Source: Lingula anatina | Taxonomy: Eukaryota; Animalia; Brachiopoda | DNA length: 64,000 nucleotides | NCBI GenBank assembly: GCA_051362555.1 | Contig: CM120646.1 | Location: 8,618,001 to 8,682,000, forward strand | Reading direction: 5' to 3' | Shown here: positions 37,728 to 51,908 of the stretch, piece after piece | Layout: each line of letters begins with the position of its first letter | Numbering within the stretch: the stretch's first letter is position 1 | Position numbers and translations under genes: made by a program | Notes under the pieces: generated by a model | Databases searched by the model: none | The model's input: the letters and a program-made list of their open reading frames with translations, nothing else | What the model was told of the DNA's origin: nothing

Positions 37728-39366
37728 TTCCACCTTAAAGTTATTGTGCAGAGTAAGTTTGAGTATTTTATTTTGACTTACAAAGAGATATTTGTCTGAA
37801 TACAATTGTTGACTTTGGCAAAATTCACCTTTTGGCTAGGTCCAACCCTAAACTTGCCAAGAGGTGACCAAAACACAAAGTATACATATAGCTATATAGC
37901 TGCTTTATTACATGGTCATGATTTTGAAGGCACTTTGAGAACTTTAAAGAGTTAATTGTTGTACAAGTAAGAGGGAATGCATGGTAGTTTAGGGGAGGGG
38001 GGTCTCTACAGTGCAATATCTATAGTACCTTGGTTTGTCAATATGAGTGCATCTGTCCATTTCATCAGTCTGTCATGCAGTTCCAGCACAAGGAAGTGGT
38101 AATAAATTGAGCATTCTTCAGGAGCATCCTAAACACGGTGTGCAATTGTGGCACGTCAGTAGTCTCATAAAGTCTGCCTTACCAAATTAGTTTGTGTCTC
38201 AAAGCCTTCATTGAATTTTGAGATTAATAATTCATTAATTTTTATAGAAAATGTGAATGGGAGATACATGTTTATTTTGAAGCATTTGAAAATATTTTTT
38301 CACACGACTGCTCCAAATTGATTCATTTTCCAATTTCCAAGAAATGACGATGTATCTATAGCTTGTGTAGTGGCCATGGAGATCCAAGATGGCAGTGTGT
38401 GTTGAGAAGTAAGAAAGTCAACCCACTAAAAATATTTTCCCAAATGTGACTGCCTTTGGACTAATCGATAAGCGCCAAAAATCGTGATCATGTAACAAAG
38501 CAGTTTAAAGCTTGGCCAGAGAGTCTGCCAGGCTTTCAAAAGTAAGACATTTCAGTGGCAAAAAGACCACATGTACATTCATTGATAAAATAAATATAAC
38601 ATTCTTTATATTTTATACTATAAACCCATTTTTAATGCTTTATGAACTTAGAGTAAGATGTAATATTAATTTAACACAAATGGCTTCAGTATATTATATA
38701 TTGTGTAGTAAAGAGAAGTGTTTACTGGCCTAGAAAGGTTGAGATAAATTGATGCAATATGTTACTGTAGTTAAGCTAAGCTGAATAGAATTTGTATATT
38801 TACTATAATTTTTACTTTTGTAGAGGTAAGTGTACATAGATTAAATTTTCATTTTAATGCTATCTCTGTTGTGATGTTGCTACAAAACTGATATTTTCTC
38901 AGTTTTAATGAATTAAATAGACACTCAAACAAAGTGCAATTGTTTTAAAGATAATTTTAAAAGTGATATATAATAACATGTTTTTGAACCTCAAGCCCAA
39001 AACCTCTGCCCCACTAGTCCGTTGTTTTCAGTGAGCAGTTGCATTTTTATATGCTCTCGGAAGGAATGTATGTTTTGGAAAAGGTTTTATGGCAAATATT
39101 ATGATGGTCTCATTCATACCTAGATTTCATTTAAATTATATAACGTATAGTAAAACAAGGTTAACATTTAAAATTGAATCTGTTTACATATTTGTTTAAA
39201 AATATTGATTTAAACATAAAAAGTTAAAATACCAAAATTGGAGCAGTCAGTACTAACTTTAACGTTGTGGACAGCAATGTGTAACCGTCCTAGCAAACAA
39301 AAAGGAGCGTGAGCAATGATTTTCCCAGAATGATTAAAGCTTGGACCTATTTAGGTCCAAGATTAA

Positions 39367-39781
39367 AGGCATAATAACTTTATTTTGTCCAAAAATTGGA
39401 TTTTCGTGGAGTAAACGGCAATTTTCCCGTACTAACCAATGGTTAATGACTCCCTTCCTGTATTCAAAGTTAGTTCAGGGTTTTTCCTTAAAAGTTTGGT
39501 TTTTTGTTTGAGGACTGCATCACGCGTCTGCCTTCTTCTGCTGCCATTTGTTGTTTCTAATGAACGCGAGAATCCGCATGACACCCCGACATCATTGGCA
39601 ACGGATGACTTGACAGTCTGGAAGAAGGGCATCGAAAGCCCGATTGACAAGTACAGGTTTTAGTTTTACTACAATATAACAACGGTTTTAGTGGTAAAAT
39701 GTAATCAAATATATAACCATGCGTTGTTTACAATGAATTTCTTGCGGAATTTTGAATCTTAAACGAACAGTTATTATTGCT
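39367..39781 (-). mobile_element. Kolobok-like element, shorter relative of 7501-8202
   Basis: TTAA TSDs, AGGCATAATAAC / GTTATTATTGCT termini, shared interior sequence. Confidence 0.7.
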
Positions 39782-41121
39782 TTAACTACTGGTTTGGAAA
39801 AGAAGGGATTTTCACATTCCTTGGCTGTCATCTAGATAAGTTGATAAAATTCACATAAAACGACTTTATTATACCAAGCTAGCTTACCATGATGAAAAAA
39901 TGTGCAATCAAAATTGTTTGTGTATATAGTCAGATGTTAAACAACTTTGATAGCATTGTCATATTCATGCCATTTTACGTAATTTATTTTGCATTGCCGA
40001 TTAAGTTGATTTTGTTCAACCTTCCGCTATAATAATGTTGAACAAAGAAGCGAATGAGAAAGCTGTGTTAAAATTTCAATTTTGACCATATTGTTTGCAA
40101 TACTATACACTGATAATGGATTCAAATATCTAAGTGAAAATGCAAGCTGCTCTGATTTAATTCAATGAATTTGTCTTTTGAAAAACGTCATTTTCACATA
40201 CATATCATTTTACAACCGAAAGTATAAAGGTTACTTTACACCGAAAACATTCTGTGAAGCAAGTTATCAAGATATTTCATTAAGTTAAATAGCCACAAGT
40301 GGTCTTTTTCCCCTAAACCACTACTAATCCGAACAATTTTAGTGTGCATCGAAAGGCTCTCCAAATCGGGTCATACATAACCTCAGCACCCCCCCCCCCC
40401 CCCCCCCCCCAATTATACAGAAATTAATTTTTTAAGCTTATAGTTATAAACAGATAGATATATCCAAAATATATAATATAAACTAATACATATATTAGTT
40501 AATTATTATTATTATTTCTGGTTATAATTAAAATGATAAACCCTGAAATTAAATTGCTGCGGTTAAGCATCAGATGTTTGAAAGATGGAACCATAAGTAA
40601 ATTGTGTACACCAACCCTGTTTACAAAGAGTTGCCACTTTATCGAGATAGGTAGACTATATTCTACCTAGGAATTTTACATGAAAGAAAAAATATTTTCC
40701 TACTCACGAATCACTACTTAACCCTTGCCTGCAGTTGGATGCCATTTTTAAACCATTTTTTATAATCAATGACAATTAACATAGTTCTAATTGTTACATG
40801 TAGGCTACCCGTGACGTTTATACATCCTAAATTTCGTCTTCCTGTACATTTCAAAAATAAATATCGACATCGGATACTTTTACTTGAGGGGTTTTATTGT
40901 TTAAGGTTCCAAATTTGCACATGAAAAATGTGAATATGGACCATATTCAAACACAGATATTAAACCTCCAAATTGAAATTTTTCTCTGGTCTTGCCATGT
41001 TTCACTCTGCACACTAATGTCTCTTTTGTGCAATAGGGGACGCTTTATACTCAGTTAACCAGATTACCAATAAGTACCTCCACATACAGAAGAACCTTGG
41101 CTGTAAACAAAACATGTCAAA

Positions 41122-43817
41122 ATGCCACATATTCTACAATTACCGTCTGAAATACTGTCGAATTTTCTGATTTATTTATCTAGCCGTGATTTATGTAGTG
41201 TATCTTTGGTGTGTAGGCGGTTCAGAGCGGCAGTCCAAGTTGACGAGTTGTGGAGACAAAGGTGTTTAGAAGGTAATCAATTAGATTAAACAACAGCAAA
41301 TATTTACACGAGTTAGTTAAATTACTAAGTTACTTCTTTCGTATGGTGCACCATATTATTATTATGATTTTGATATAAAGCTATTAAAGGGCATTGACGT
41401 GTATTGTTCTAGTATTAGCACGTTAGCGGTACTATATTCGGTTTCTGATATATACTAGATGTGCTAACGCATGTTCAAAAGCAAAGGCCACTAGCCCTAA
41501 CGAAAAAGTCCTATATGATCCTATAGGACCCTATAGGAAATTGGGCCAATTTCCTATAGGATCGTATAGGATCCAATAGGATATTTTCTTAAGGGACAGA
41601 AAGTACCATGGATGAATTAAGATTTGCTTGCCTATCGGCCATGCAGTTAGGCCACTGTATACACTGTATCATTCTTTGGATCAATGAACCTTCGGACTAT
41701 CGAATCCTCAGGTCAATGAATAAGTTAAAATGTTTCGAACTATCGAACATTCTTACCACTGAACCTTCAGACTATTAAACCTTCAGACTATTTAAATGCA
41801 CCCAACACGAAGGACGAGTTGGTGGCTCGATCTAAGTGTTGTGTCTCTAGTACTGCATTGTACTGCTGCTCTAGAGTCAACAGACTGTGGCCGAGCTATA
41901 GTGTGATTTTGTATGTCATCTTACGGGTGATGTCATAATTGGGATTTGGGGGTAAAAACTGAAAAATCGGTTTCTCAAAGTTCTCTTTTACCCCCACCAC
42001 CCACAAACGCCGTTTCAGTGCCAATTTAATAACAGCATTTAGTACTGTACTTGAAACCCTGCAAGAGATTTTTTTTTAAAGTCTTAATTAGTTCAGATTT
42101 TATTTTTATCATTGATGAAGCAAAACAATGCCTTATTTTAATGAAAATCTGTAATTATGGGCTCATACTCCATAACAAAAACATTTTAAACAATAGGATA
42201 GCACAGGATTGTAGCTTATAGACTGATGATCAACTCTGCCAATTAACATGATAAAATCTTGTACAGGGATAAAGTTATGCCTCATACTGGTTGCTATCTC
42301 ACCTCAAAATAGAAAGGTGTGTAATTGACAATTAAGGCTTTGAGTTACCTGTTCTAACACATTGCAATGAGAAAGATAAACGCTGATATTTCATATTTTT
42401 GAGTTTTTTATTGTTTTAAATCAGGACAAAGATTCATTATTGAATTATTAGATAGGTTACAAAACCCTTAAGATACGTCTATCACATAAGAGGCTCAAGA
42501 TATGTCTGGTACTGTTGTCAAATGTGCATCGGGGTCAATTTGCTAATTCAAGCTGAAGACATAACAGCAGAATTTTTCTGTTGAAAACTGTGTTTTGGAA
42601 TTTGAGCAGATCTCCCTCACTGCTTTCAATACCATTTTAATTCTTTTTGCTATTAGTTCTATAACTTGTTGCGAGTGATTCTTTTTAAAGAGCTTTCTTC
42701 ATATTTATCATTTAAGAGGCAAAGTAATGCTTTTGTTTGATGGTACATCATAAGTAGGGGCTTATTTCTGATAAAAAAAATTCCATAGCAAAAACTGTAC
42801 TGTAGACCGTATCTTTGTCATCAACCATACCAATTTTCATGATGATATCTGAGTTAGTTATGAAGTTATACCTCTACCCGATTACTATCTTACATCAATT
42901 TACAGAGCAGTTAAATTGATGATAAATGGGGACAGAGCTTAAAATCAAAATTGCATGAGGTGGTGAATAATACAAAAAAAAAAAAAAAAAAAAAAAGGAA
43001 TTTTTGCTCTAAAGTATTTAATATCTAGATAAGTATTTTACTGTATATAAATGGGGAAATACTATTTTGGCTCATTTGGCCCATGCCAAGCCTGATTTGA
43101 TAGTTGTTAGGTTTGGTATAAAAATGTTTCCTCTTAAGGTTATACTATGTTTTACTTATTAATTATAATTTTTTCTCGTTCAGACTATGGTATTAATCTG
43201 CTCCCCAAGGAGAAATTGGCTAATTCTCTTCCACATCAAGTACTTTACACAAAATGTGAGTATCTGTTTACAGAAAAAAATTTGTTGTAATTTTTACTAA
43301 AAAATGGTAGTTTTGAAAAAAAAATGTCTTAAAGGGCAACTCCATAGAATTTACCAATCAAAATGGATTTCCTGGTGAAATAAGTAATTTCCTCATACTC
43401 ACAAATCATTTATCTATCCCTCTCTGCACTCTGCTCTTATTTGACCTTTAATGGAATTTATAAAGGTTGATTTAAATTAAAATGACTGGCCAGTCATCAT
43501 AACCAGTGACCATCTTCCTAAACTCTGATGGAAATATCAACATCAGGCATGCTCCAGAAAAAAATTATTTAAGGAGCTAAATCATTTTTAATGTATATGA
43601 AGACCATACATGGAAGTGTAGTACAGTTTTTAATAAATCAACATTATTATTATTTAATATTATGTAAGGTTGTGGGATTTTCACCTATGGGGTGTGCCTT
43701 TAATTATGTTATTTTGAAAAACCTTAATACCTAAAAAGAAAAAAGAAAATGAAAGTCCCCATATTACTTAGTTAATAATATTCACCAACCATCAGTCTTT
43801 TTCTGTCTGTGATTTTC

Positions 43818-43898
<81 letters not shown>

Positions 43899-46800
43899 GT
43901 TAAAGAGAATTTTTCTTTTTGTTAGTGCTCCATAGATATGGATACTTGATTGGACCATGGCAGACTCTGTGTGATGTATATGGTGGTTTATTGCAAGTTA
44001 AAGTAAGTTTTTGTGATCTGGATGCAACTTTTCATTAATTTTGTGCATGCACGTGTGTGTTTGTGCATGCATGTGTGTGTGTGTGCATAGGTATGCAATT
44101 GTACAGGACCATTACCTTAGTTTGGTGGAATTCACCTGTTTACAATATTCTAACTGCAAGTGTGGCCTGTGATACATGTGTTACCCTCTGGTTTGCATTC
44201 ACTTTGTTCTAGGTCTAAGTAACCTGTACTTTTCTAACTGAAATAATTGTAACAAGGAAGCCCAAATTATTGTCCTGGTGTGAAAGACACATGGCCTTCT
44301 TTAAGTAGACAATCTTATACAAACATAACTTTCTCTTTTTTTCTAGAAATTTTTCTGAAAATCCTTTTGCCTCTAAATGCTTTGCCCTTCTCGTCATTGT
44401 ACAATCATAGGCATACAGCTGAAATTCTAACTTGATGGTGGAACAACGCTACATACTGTCAAGGCACAGTGTGTTCTGGGATTGATTTGAGCTTAAAGCA
44501 GTGGCTCACTTGAAAGGAAGGGTCCTGGTTATTTTTTTTGCATCTATATTGTGATAAAAACAAAGTTTTACAACCCTATATTTATTTATTTATTTATTCA
44601 CAATTGTAGAAAATACAGGTAAGTGCAACAATTCATTTATACGCAAATATGTTAGAAAATTTTTTGTCAAGAATTGTTACTTTTATATGAAATATGGAAC
44701 CATGACACAAATTTACAAAGGTGTTTTAATATTATCATTTTAGTTTGACAGTAATAAGCTGATAGGACTACAGTATTATGAGGAGCCAGTGAAGCTGTTA
44801 CAACCATGGCATGTGCAGTCCGTGTTTGAAATCACACTAACAAATGACAACAAAACACAAATTTGATGTTTGCTGCCAACCTGCATGGAGGACTGCAGCA
44901 GTCATGATGGTGAAGTAGATAGGGTATGTAACAGCTGCAGTAAGTGTTTGCGTACAGAATGAGATTTCTTTGTAGCAAAATCAGTTGTATCATGTATCAG
45001 ATTTTTGTTGCAATATTTGGAGAATTTTTAAAAATATATTTATACATATCTTATTTTATCTAGTTTTTTAGGTAAAAAATTAAGCAAGATTCAAAAATTT
45101 AATGTTAACTTTGTTTTGACTTGCTTTGATCTCATTTTCATAGAAAATGGTGTAGTGGGAGAATTACATGTCAAGTAACATATCTTTGCAAAGTTTGTCA
45201 CAAAACCAGCTGTAGCATTCTTTCTTTATTTTCATATTTCATATACAGCAGGTTAGTCTAAGGGACCATTCCCAGGCCATATCATACTAACTGAGGATTG
45301 ATCTACCTCCAAGGGGATTCTTGCGAAATTCAAGTGGCTTAGATGTCTGTCATGCCTACTGAAGCTGCTAAACAACAATTAATTAACCCCTAGCAGCTTC
45401 AGTAGGCGTGACAGGGGTTAATTAATTGTCGTTTAGCAGCTTCAGTAGATGAACCAGACATCTATTCCGCTCAAGCTGAAAGCAGTTTAGTGAGAAACCC
45501 CTCGGAGATGAAGTAATCCTGTTAGATCGACCTAGTTATGCGAACCCAGTCTAAGGTTAAATAAAGATCTAACCACTTGATATGTTAATTGTTATCTGTA
45601 GCTGGGAGATGGGCAAGGGTTCTGTTACCGGTGCAGCAGTCCTGGTGATCACGGTACCACACAGAGCAGAATGGAGCAGTGGTTCTCTAAGTGGCTAGGC
45701 ACAGACCTGGGAGATGGTGACCAGATGGATGATTATTATGAACACCAGTTGTTAATACGAAGATTTAAATACACTCACATGTAAGATATGCTACATCCTG
45801 TATTATTATATCTTTAGGAATTTGCATATTACATACTTATGTATAGCATGCATGGAAATTGTTTGCATTTCAAGTTTATTTGAAAACGGAATCTTTATTC
45901 ATATGCATTTTTATTACACTCTGGGCTGAGGTATATGTAGGGAGTGGAAGGAGCAGATGTTGAAATACACCATTAGGTAACATCCTTTCATAAAAAAAAT
46001 TGTAGACAGGACGGTGAGATACTCGGTATACTTCTGTCAAACAGTCCCCAATATGATAATTAAGTCTTAGACCCCATTCCCATAGATTTTAGATCAATCT
46101 ATCCCTGTGGGGAGTCTCACTAAATTACTGCCAGCTTAGCCAGCTTAAGCGTCTGTCCCGCCTACTAAAAGCTGTAAGGGGGTAATTAACTATGGTGCGC
46201 GCTCGGCTGACTGCAATTAAGCGTGAACCCCCAGGGAGTTAGATCGATCAAAATCTCAATCCCTGGATCGACCTAAATCTCTGGAAATGCACCCTTAATT
46301 AAGTACAGTAGAAGCTGACTCATTCAGTGATTTCAACGTTGTAAAGGAAAGCATCCTATTGTTACGTCATTAATTAGAGCTTCCTACTAGTATTTATAAG
46401 CTTGGAGCTTACACGCGTTGACGGCCAGTGACACAAAGGCCTGTTTACTTATTAACTTGCGTCCACTGAAGTCAGAATCTAGTAGTTGATTGACCTTATA
46501 GCTTACCTAATTCTGAATCTAGTGCTATTGTCTCTTATCTAAGATCGTCCAAGCTGTGAATCTTGCCATTTCCCAGTTTACTCAGGTAACAGCAATAGAG
46601 TTAATTTGGATGTTTTATTGTCTAAAATCAGAGAAGCCAAGTGCATTTAGGGTGTTTGAAAATGTATTAAGCTGGGATTTTTACATGCTGTGCACTATGC
46701 TTTTCACATCAAGCTTACTGTTACACATAAAGAAGAAGCAATAAAGAGAACAGAAGTTAACAGATTTCCTTGCAAACGTTAGTTGCAAAAGGTAATTATT

Positions 46801-49800
46801 GAAGTCTTTCACACTTTTGTGTTTAAGTTCACCCCATTAAATTTCTGTTGAGTATCTTTGATTTTTGTACGTAAAAGCAAGCTGGATTTAAAAAGTTGGA
46901 GATTATCACTTTCTAATCTTCAAAAAAATAAACTAAATTATGTTATGTAGCAATTATATGTGCACTGCTTTAAAATGTTATTAATAAATTAAAATCAAGA
47001 ATGGATGTTTCCCAGTTAATAGCTTCAAATTCTTATGCATTTCAGTGCACATGTAGCTGAAGGAACAACATCTTTTACCTATCCCTGGCATTGACAGGTA
47101 TGTGTTACTTTTTTGTTATTTTATGTTTTGATGTTTAGCTTCAACTTTTAAGTTTAAAAAAGTGCTGTTGATTTGAATGTTACCTAAGAAGGATACAGCT
47201 TGTTGCCACATCACCAGGAGGCCTGGATACTTAGCTCACAAGCGCTACTGGATATTTAATTACTGAATGTTATTTACAGGTATATTTCAGGTAATTTTAT
47301 TTTGCATTTTGTAGTCGCGAGGCAAAGGACAGGTTGACAGACCCTGAGGTACCAAATGAGGGGGCAAGTCTTGCTAAATATTCTACAAAACCCAGCACAA
47401 TATGGTATGTAAACAAGCCTTTGGTTTTCATGGAAATTAAAGTACTTTTCTACTGAAAATAAAAGAAATTAGGCTAGTAAGCTGCCATTATGAAAAATAT
47501 GCTAAAAGTTGTCTAACTCTTTAATATTAAATAGCACATTATTATCAAATGTGTAGTAATTCAAAGAGAGAAAAAGAAACCACACTTTACAGACAAGAGA
47601 ACCCATTTGTCTCATTTAACAAATATTTTTATTAATTATTCTGCTTGTGTATGTTGTGTAAGTATGAGTCTATCCAGAAATTTAACATGAGCACATACCT
47701 TTTTTAGACTTGGAGACTGACAAATATAAAACAGACCAGCCTGCCTTGCCAAGTGAGGAAGCAAGTGGTACAGCAGTTAGTCCCATGAAAAAAGCTATGT
47801 AAACTTTGGGGAGAAGTAATAATGTAAACATAATAAAATTGTGTGGATTTTTCCCTCAGCATCTATATTTAAATGTTTTTGCCTAACATCTCATCGTTCT
47901 TTTTTTTCAAATAATTTATTATATGTTATAATATATATGATGCTTTGTAATTTTTAAAGCATTTTATGTTGTTGTTAAATCATAGAATTATAAAAATGTC
48001 ATACTTGCTGGATGTGTTACTTGTTACTTGTCTGAAGAGGTGCTAAGGAGTTGATACTGATCATTTACAACTCTGATTCAGTAATATGCTCTTGGACAAA
48101 TGCTATAAAATTGTTGCTAAACTTGAAATTATGTTTAAAATGTTCAAATCCATGACTTGCATTTATTCCCATGATCCAAATAAATTATTGATCCTTGTTT
48201 ACAAAGGGGCTTTGAGTTGAAGTGTAAACTTTTTCCTATCATTTCTTTATCTTTCTCTCCAGTGAACTGCCCTGTATTGACATTGGCAAAACCATATTAG
48301 AGGCAAAGATTCCAGATGTCTAAGCCAAACAGAGAAGTATCATTTTATGATGCAGCACTTTAAGCCAAACGACAAAACTGCACTCCTCAAGACGTATATA
48401 AAGGGCTGCCACAGGCAGATCAAGCCAAGCTGGATAAAACGGCACCCATGATTAGTGTACTCCAGAGAGATTGATGGTGGAATCTGCCTACTCTTATGTT
48501 TTAAGTGGAGTTAAGGGAAATTTGGAAATGTTGGTTGTGACTCCATTCAGGAAGTGGACCAAAGTTTCTTCAGTTCTCCATTCTCACGAGGAGAAGACAT
48601 ACCACAGTGATGCCACCATAGCCACAGACAACTTCAAACACAGTTTTGAAAACCCTACACAGGGGATTGATGCCAGTCTGGACAAGAGGTGGCAGGAACA
48701 AATTGAGCACATCTGTGTGGTCCTTGCAAAAGCAAAAGCAGTGCTTGTCTGTGGGAGACAGAACATTCCTCTCTGAGGCCATCGAGATTATTCAGCACCC
48801 TGCATAGAATTACATGCACTATACCTGGGACAACAGCAGAGGCAAAGTGGAATAACAGTGCCCTAAGAAGAGTAAAAACATTCCTGCATGCAAGAATGGG
48901 CTACGATGGACTGACAGGGCTTGCTATGATGCACATACATCACAGACATGCGATTGATATTCAAAGAGTGGTAACAAAGTTTGCTCAGAGCCAGCCTAGA
49001 AGAATGTGTTTAAACAGTCTGTTTGATAAATAAATTGTTTTGAATTTTGACCTATTGAAAGATTAATGACAATAAACTATGTGAAAATTGATATTAGTTG
49101 TTTTTTTTTAAATTTACATTTATTTCTCATGGAATACGTATTGCCTACAGTTACAGCAATGACGTTACGCACTACCTTGCAAAGCTACTTGCTTCCTGTG
49201 AATTTTCTCAGTGCCCCCACCCCCCCAAAAAAGGCATGGCCTATATGGACACATGACCACAGCCAAGGGGGCAGGCTGGTTCTCTGATGGTGAAAATATA
49301 GATTTATTAATCATAATTATTTCAATTTTAATTCATTACAAGATTTGAATGTGAATACTTAATGTTGAGCTTGATTTCACTCTGATTAAACAACAAAAAC
49401 TGAAACAACTATTTAATTCATTATACTTTGTGACATAATTAACTCTCATTACAGACCAGAACTAGAATGCAAATGTCTCAGCTGGCCCGCTGTGACTGCC
49501 CACCCAGTCCTGAGACCAGGCCTGTTTAAAGCATCCTATGGAGCACATGGCACAGAGCTGATCCTAGTCTCCTATAAAGGGTTAGAAATGCAGGGCTACA
49601 AAGTTTCAGTAAGTTACATATGTGTAGAGGTGATACAAAACATAGCATTATTTCTAATGCTTACTTTTATTTGAATTTTCAGTTAGAAAAAACAAAATGT
49701 GTAGGAGAGATATAAATTAAAGGGGGAGGGTCATCGCTTGTATATAACCATTTCAGCAAGGCGATCAAATGAAGAATTAGCATGTAAATTTAATATCTGC

Positions 49801-50903
49801 CTGCTCAAGCTCTGAATCACCATTTCAGGGTGACCCCAATGTGCCAGCAGGACAAATCAGTATCCGTGCTGACCTAACACAGTCACTAATTCTCAGTGAA
49901 GAACAACAGAGCAGTGTGCAGCTTCTCACAGACATTGACCTGCCTGATGCAGCACCAGCTGTGGCCACAGCATTGGAACAGTTGCCACCTCAGCCATTCT
50001 TTCTTCCATATGACTGTTCATATAGAGAGCCTAGGAACGATTGCCCAAAGAAATGCAAGGCAAGGTAATGTGACACCTATTTGATTTTAAGTTAACCATG
50101 CCTTTGTTTTTGGAGTCTAAGAAATGAATATAACAGTTAAGTGTTATGAAAGATTATTTAGGAATTTTGTCTCTTTACTTCATTTAAGTGAAGTAGGAAA
50201 GTCGTATTAATTTTTCATTTTAATGAAATAAGAAAAAAAAGTCGATAACCAGTTCTAAGTTTTGCCTCGAGTACCGTTTCTTGTTGTTGGGATGGCTAAA
50301 ACTGTACTTGACTGTGTAAATATCTAAAAGAAAAAAAATGAAAAAACAATGTTAAACTGGTTTAAACAAGGTCAGTACCTGAGGAAATGTTATATTGACA
50401 CTTTAAATTTAATTGTTTGTGTATATTCTGACTACTTATGTCAGTCCTTGTCATTGTGGTATATCTGACACATTGGATAATACCATAACTGCCAACCCAT
50501 ATTCTTATTTTTTACTTTGAATTTCTTAGTAAGAGCATTTTGATTTTGGGAAAAAGAGCAGGTGGAGTTTAAAAATCATGTTGATTTGTGCGAGTAATTT
50601 GAAATTTATCTATTTTGTCACATGTATTTTTGTGACTTTGAATACATAACTGCCAAACCATATTTTGTCTTTTAAGTGTCTCTGTATTTGCCAGCTTTGC
50701 TGTGTAGCTGGAATTATGTTACATCTGAATTTTTTTTTTTTCTGTCCAGATTCTTAGGAAAGCTTCAGATAGCTGGGCATGGTTTCCAGGATCCGAGGTT
50801 GACTCCCATGCATTGGATAGTATTCAATGAAGACTTGTTCGGAGTGCTCTGGCTTGATTTGAGAAATTTCTTCACTTTCCACAGAGTTGAGACAGACTTT
50901 TAG
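41122..50903 (+). CDS. FBXO31: F-box only protein 31 orthologue, 8 exons, with an in-frame TGA at 44864-44866
   Basis: Exons 41122-41272 (F-box LQLPSEIL...VSLVCRRF...LWRQRC), 43184-43255, 43926-44002 (LLHRYGYLIGPWQ...YGGLL), 44744-44923, 45602-45780, 49455-49608 (PGLFKASYGAHGTE), 49829-50064 (GDPNVPAGQ...QPFFLP), 50750-50903 (IAGHGF..P...FNEDLFGVLWLDL). Phases are consistent and total 1203 nt. Motifs match FBXO31 as I recall it. Confidence 0.9.
41495..41594. repeat. Short palindromic element with CCTATAGG subrepeats
   Basis: CCCT...AGGG ends and a central palindrome CCTATAGGAAATTGG-G-CCAATTTCCTATAGG. Confidence 0.55.
45262..45551. mobile_element. PIF/Harbinger-like MITE, family 2 (related copy about 62603-62846)
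   Basis: TAA/TAA flanks. The interior GGGGATTCTT...TAGATGTC...AATTAATT.TCGTTTAGCAGCTT...GAACCCAGTC is shared with 62.6-62.85 kb. Confidence 0.6.
46070..46294. mobile_element. PIF/Harbinger-like MITE, family 1
   Basis: TTA/TTA TSD; inverted relative to 35320-35534. Confidence 0.7.
48263..49030 (+). pseudogene. Decayed hAT transposase (PRKRIR/ZMYM1-like) remnant in FBXO31 intron 5
   Basis: Fragments LVVTPFRKWTK...H....YH..A...F, ...CGRQNIPL*GH and the dimerisation motif LRRVKTFL...GLTGLAMMHIH...IDIQRVVTKFA...RRM, with stops, frameshifts and a large internal deletion. Confidence 0.7.
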
Positions 50904-51908
50904 TGGAGGAGCCATAGTTAATAACCAAATAATTGGCATTTTTCAAAGTTACTTTAATTATTTTTTGCAAAGATTGATTTTGCCATTTCTCAGTAACATT
51001 GTACTTAAAGAAAAAGGTCATAATAGGCTGGTTCTATTCTGACTTGTCAAGCAATAATTATAATTAGAGCAGATGCATAATTTCATTATTTATGCCCTAT
51101 ATTAAATAATAACTTCTGGTTGAGAATTAAAACCTGGCTGATTAATTACGATTCTTTTGATACATAAATATCTCTGCAATCATGACTAGGTATTTTGTTG
51201 GTATGTTATGATTATTTATGTTCAAGATATTAAAAGATGTTTACTCTTATTCTGTTAACTGATGGCAGGGAAATGTGGAGCAACATTTGTCAACATGTAC
51301 AATTTACATCATGGTGCAGTTCACACTGTTTATTTCACACACTGCATACCTGGTTACCACATATACTATTACATAAACAGCTTATACAAAATCAAACCAT
51401 TCACGTATCCAGTACACTAAACCCTGTCATTTTTTACCTCACAAAAGGCAGTGTCTTTCTTCAGGTCTAGTTCTTTTAAAAAGCAGTCAGTTAATTTTCA
51501 GATACCTGCTACTCTATCATAGAAAACACGCCAAATGTACCATATGTACTGAGATGAGTGCATTTTTCCTTGTCAAGAATTCAATAACCATCATGAAACG
51601 ATAATTACCTAAACAGAAAACAGACGACCATCTTGACCCTGAAACACAAGGATCCATTTCTTCATGACATTATCATTTTTAAATCATTTCTTTTCCAAGA
51701 GCATGCCACTGATGCCCTGTAAGTGTAGACTTCATGACATTTTTTTTCAGTTAATGCCAGAACAAAGAACCAACTTGCTGCACTTTAGTAACTTCAACCA
51801 TTTCCAGCATTCTGACCACTGCTTATTCCTGGAACAGGCTATGAAAGGACAGGACGCTGTTCTCAAACCTTACTAGGAGGCATTGATGGTCTCTGATGTT
51901 AACATGCA

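Noticed and set aside
47046-47097. Extra FBXO31 exon
   Set aside because: It has a stop in the required phase, and exon 5 joins 49455 in phase without a gap in homology.
50904-51400. SECIS element that would explain the FBXO31 TGA
   Set aside because: I could not find an ATGA/GA quartet stem with an apical AA by eye; a computational scan is needed to exclude it fully.
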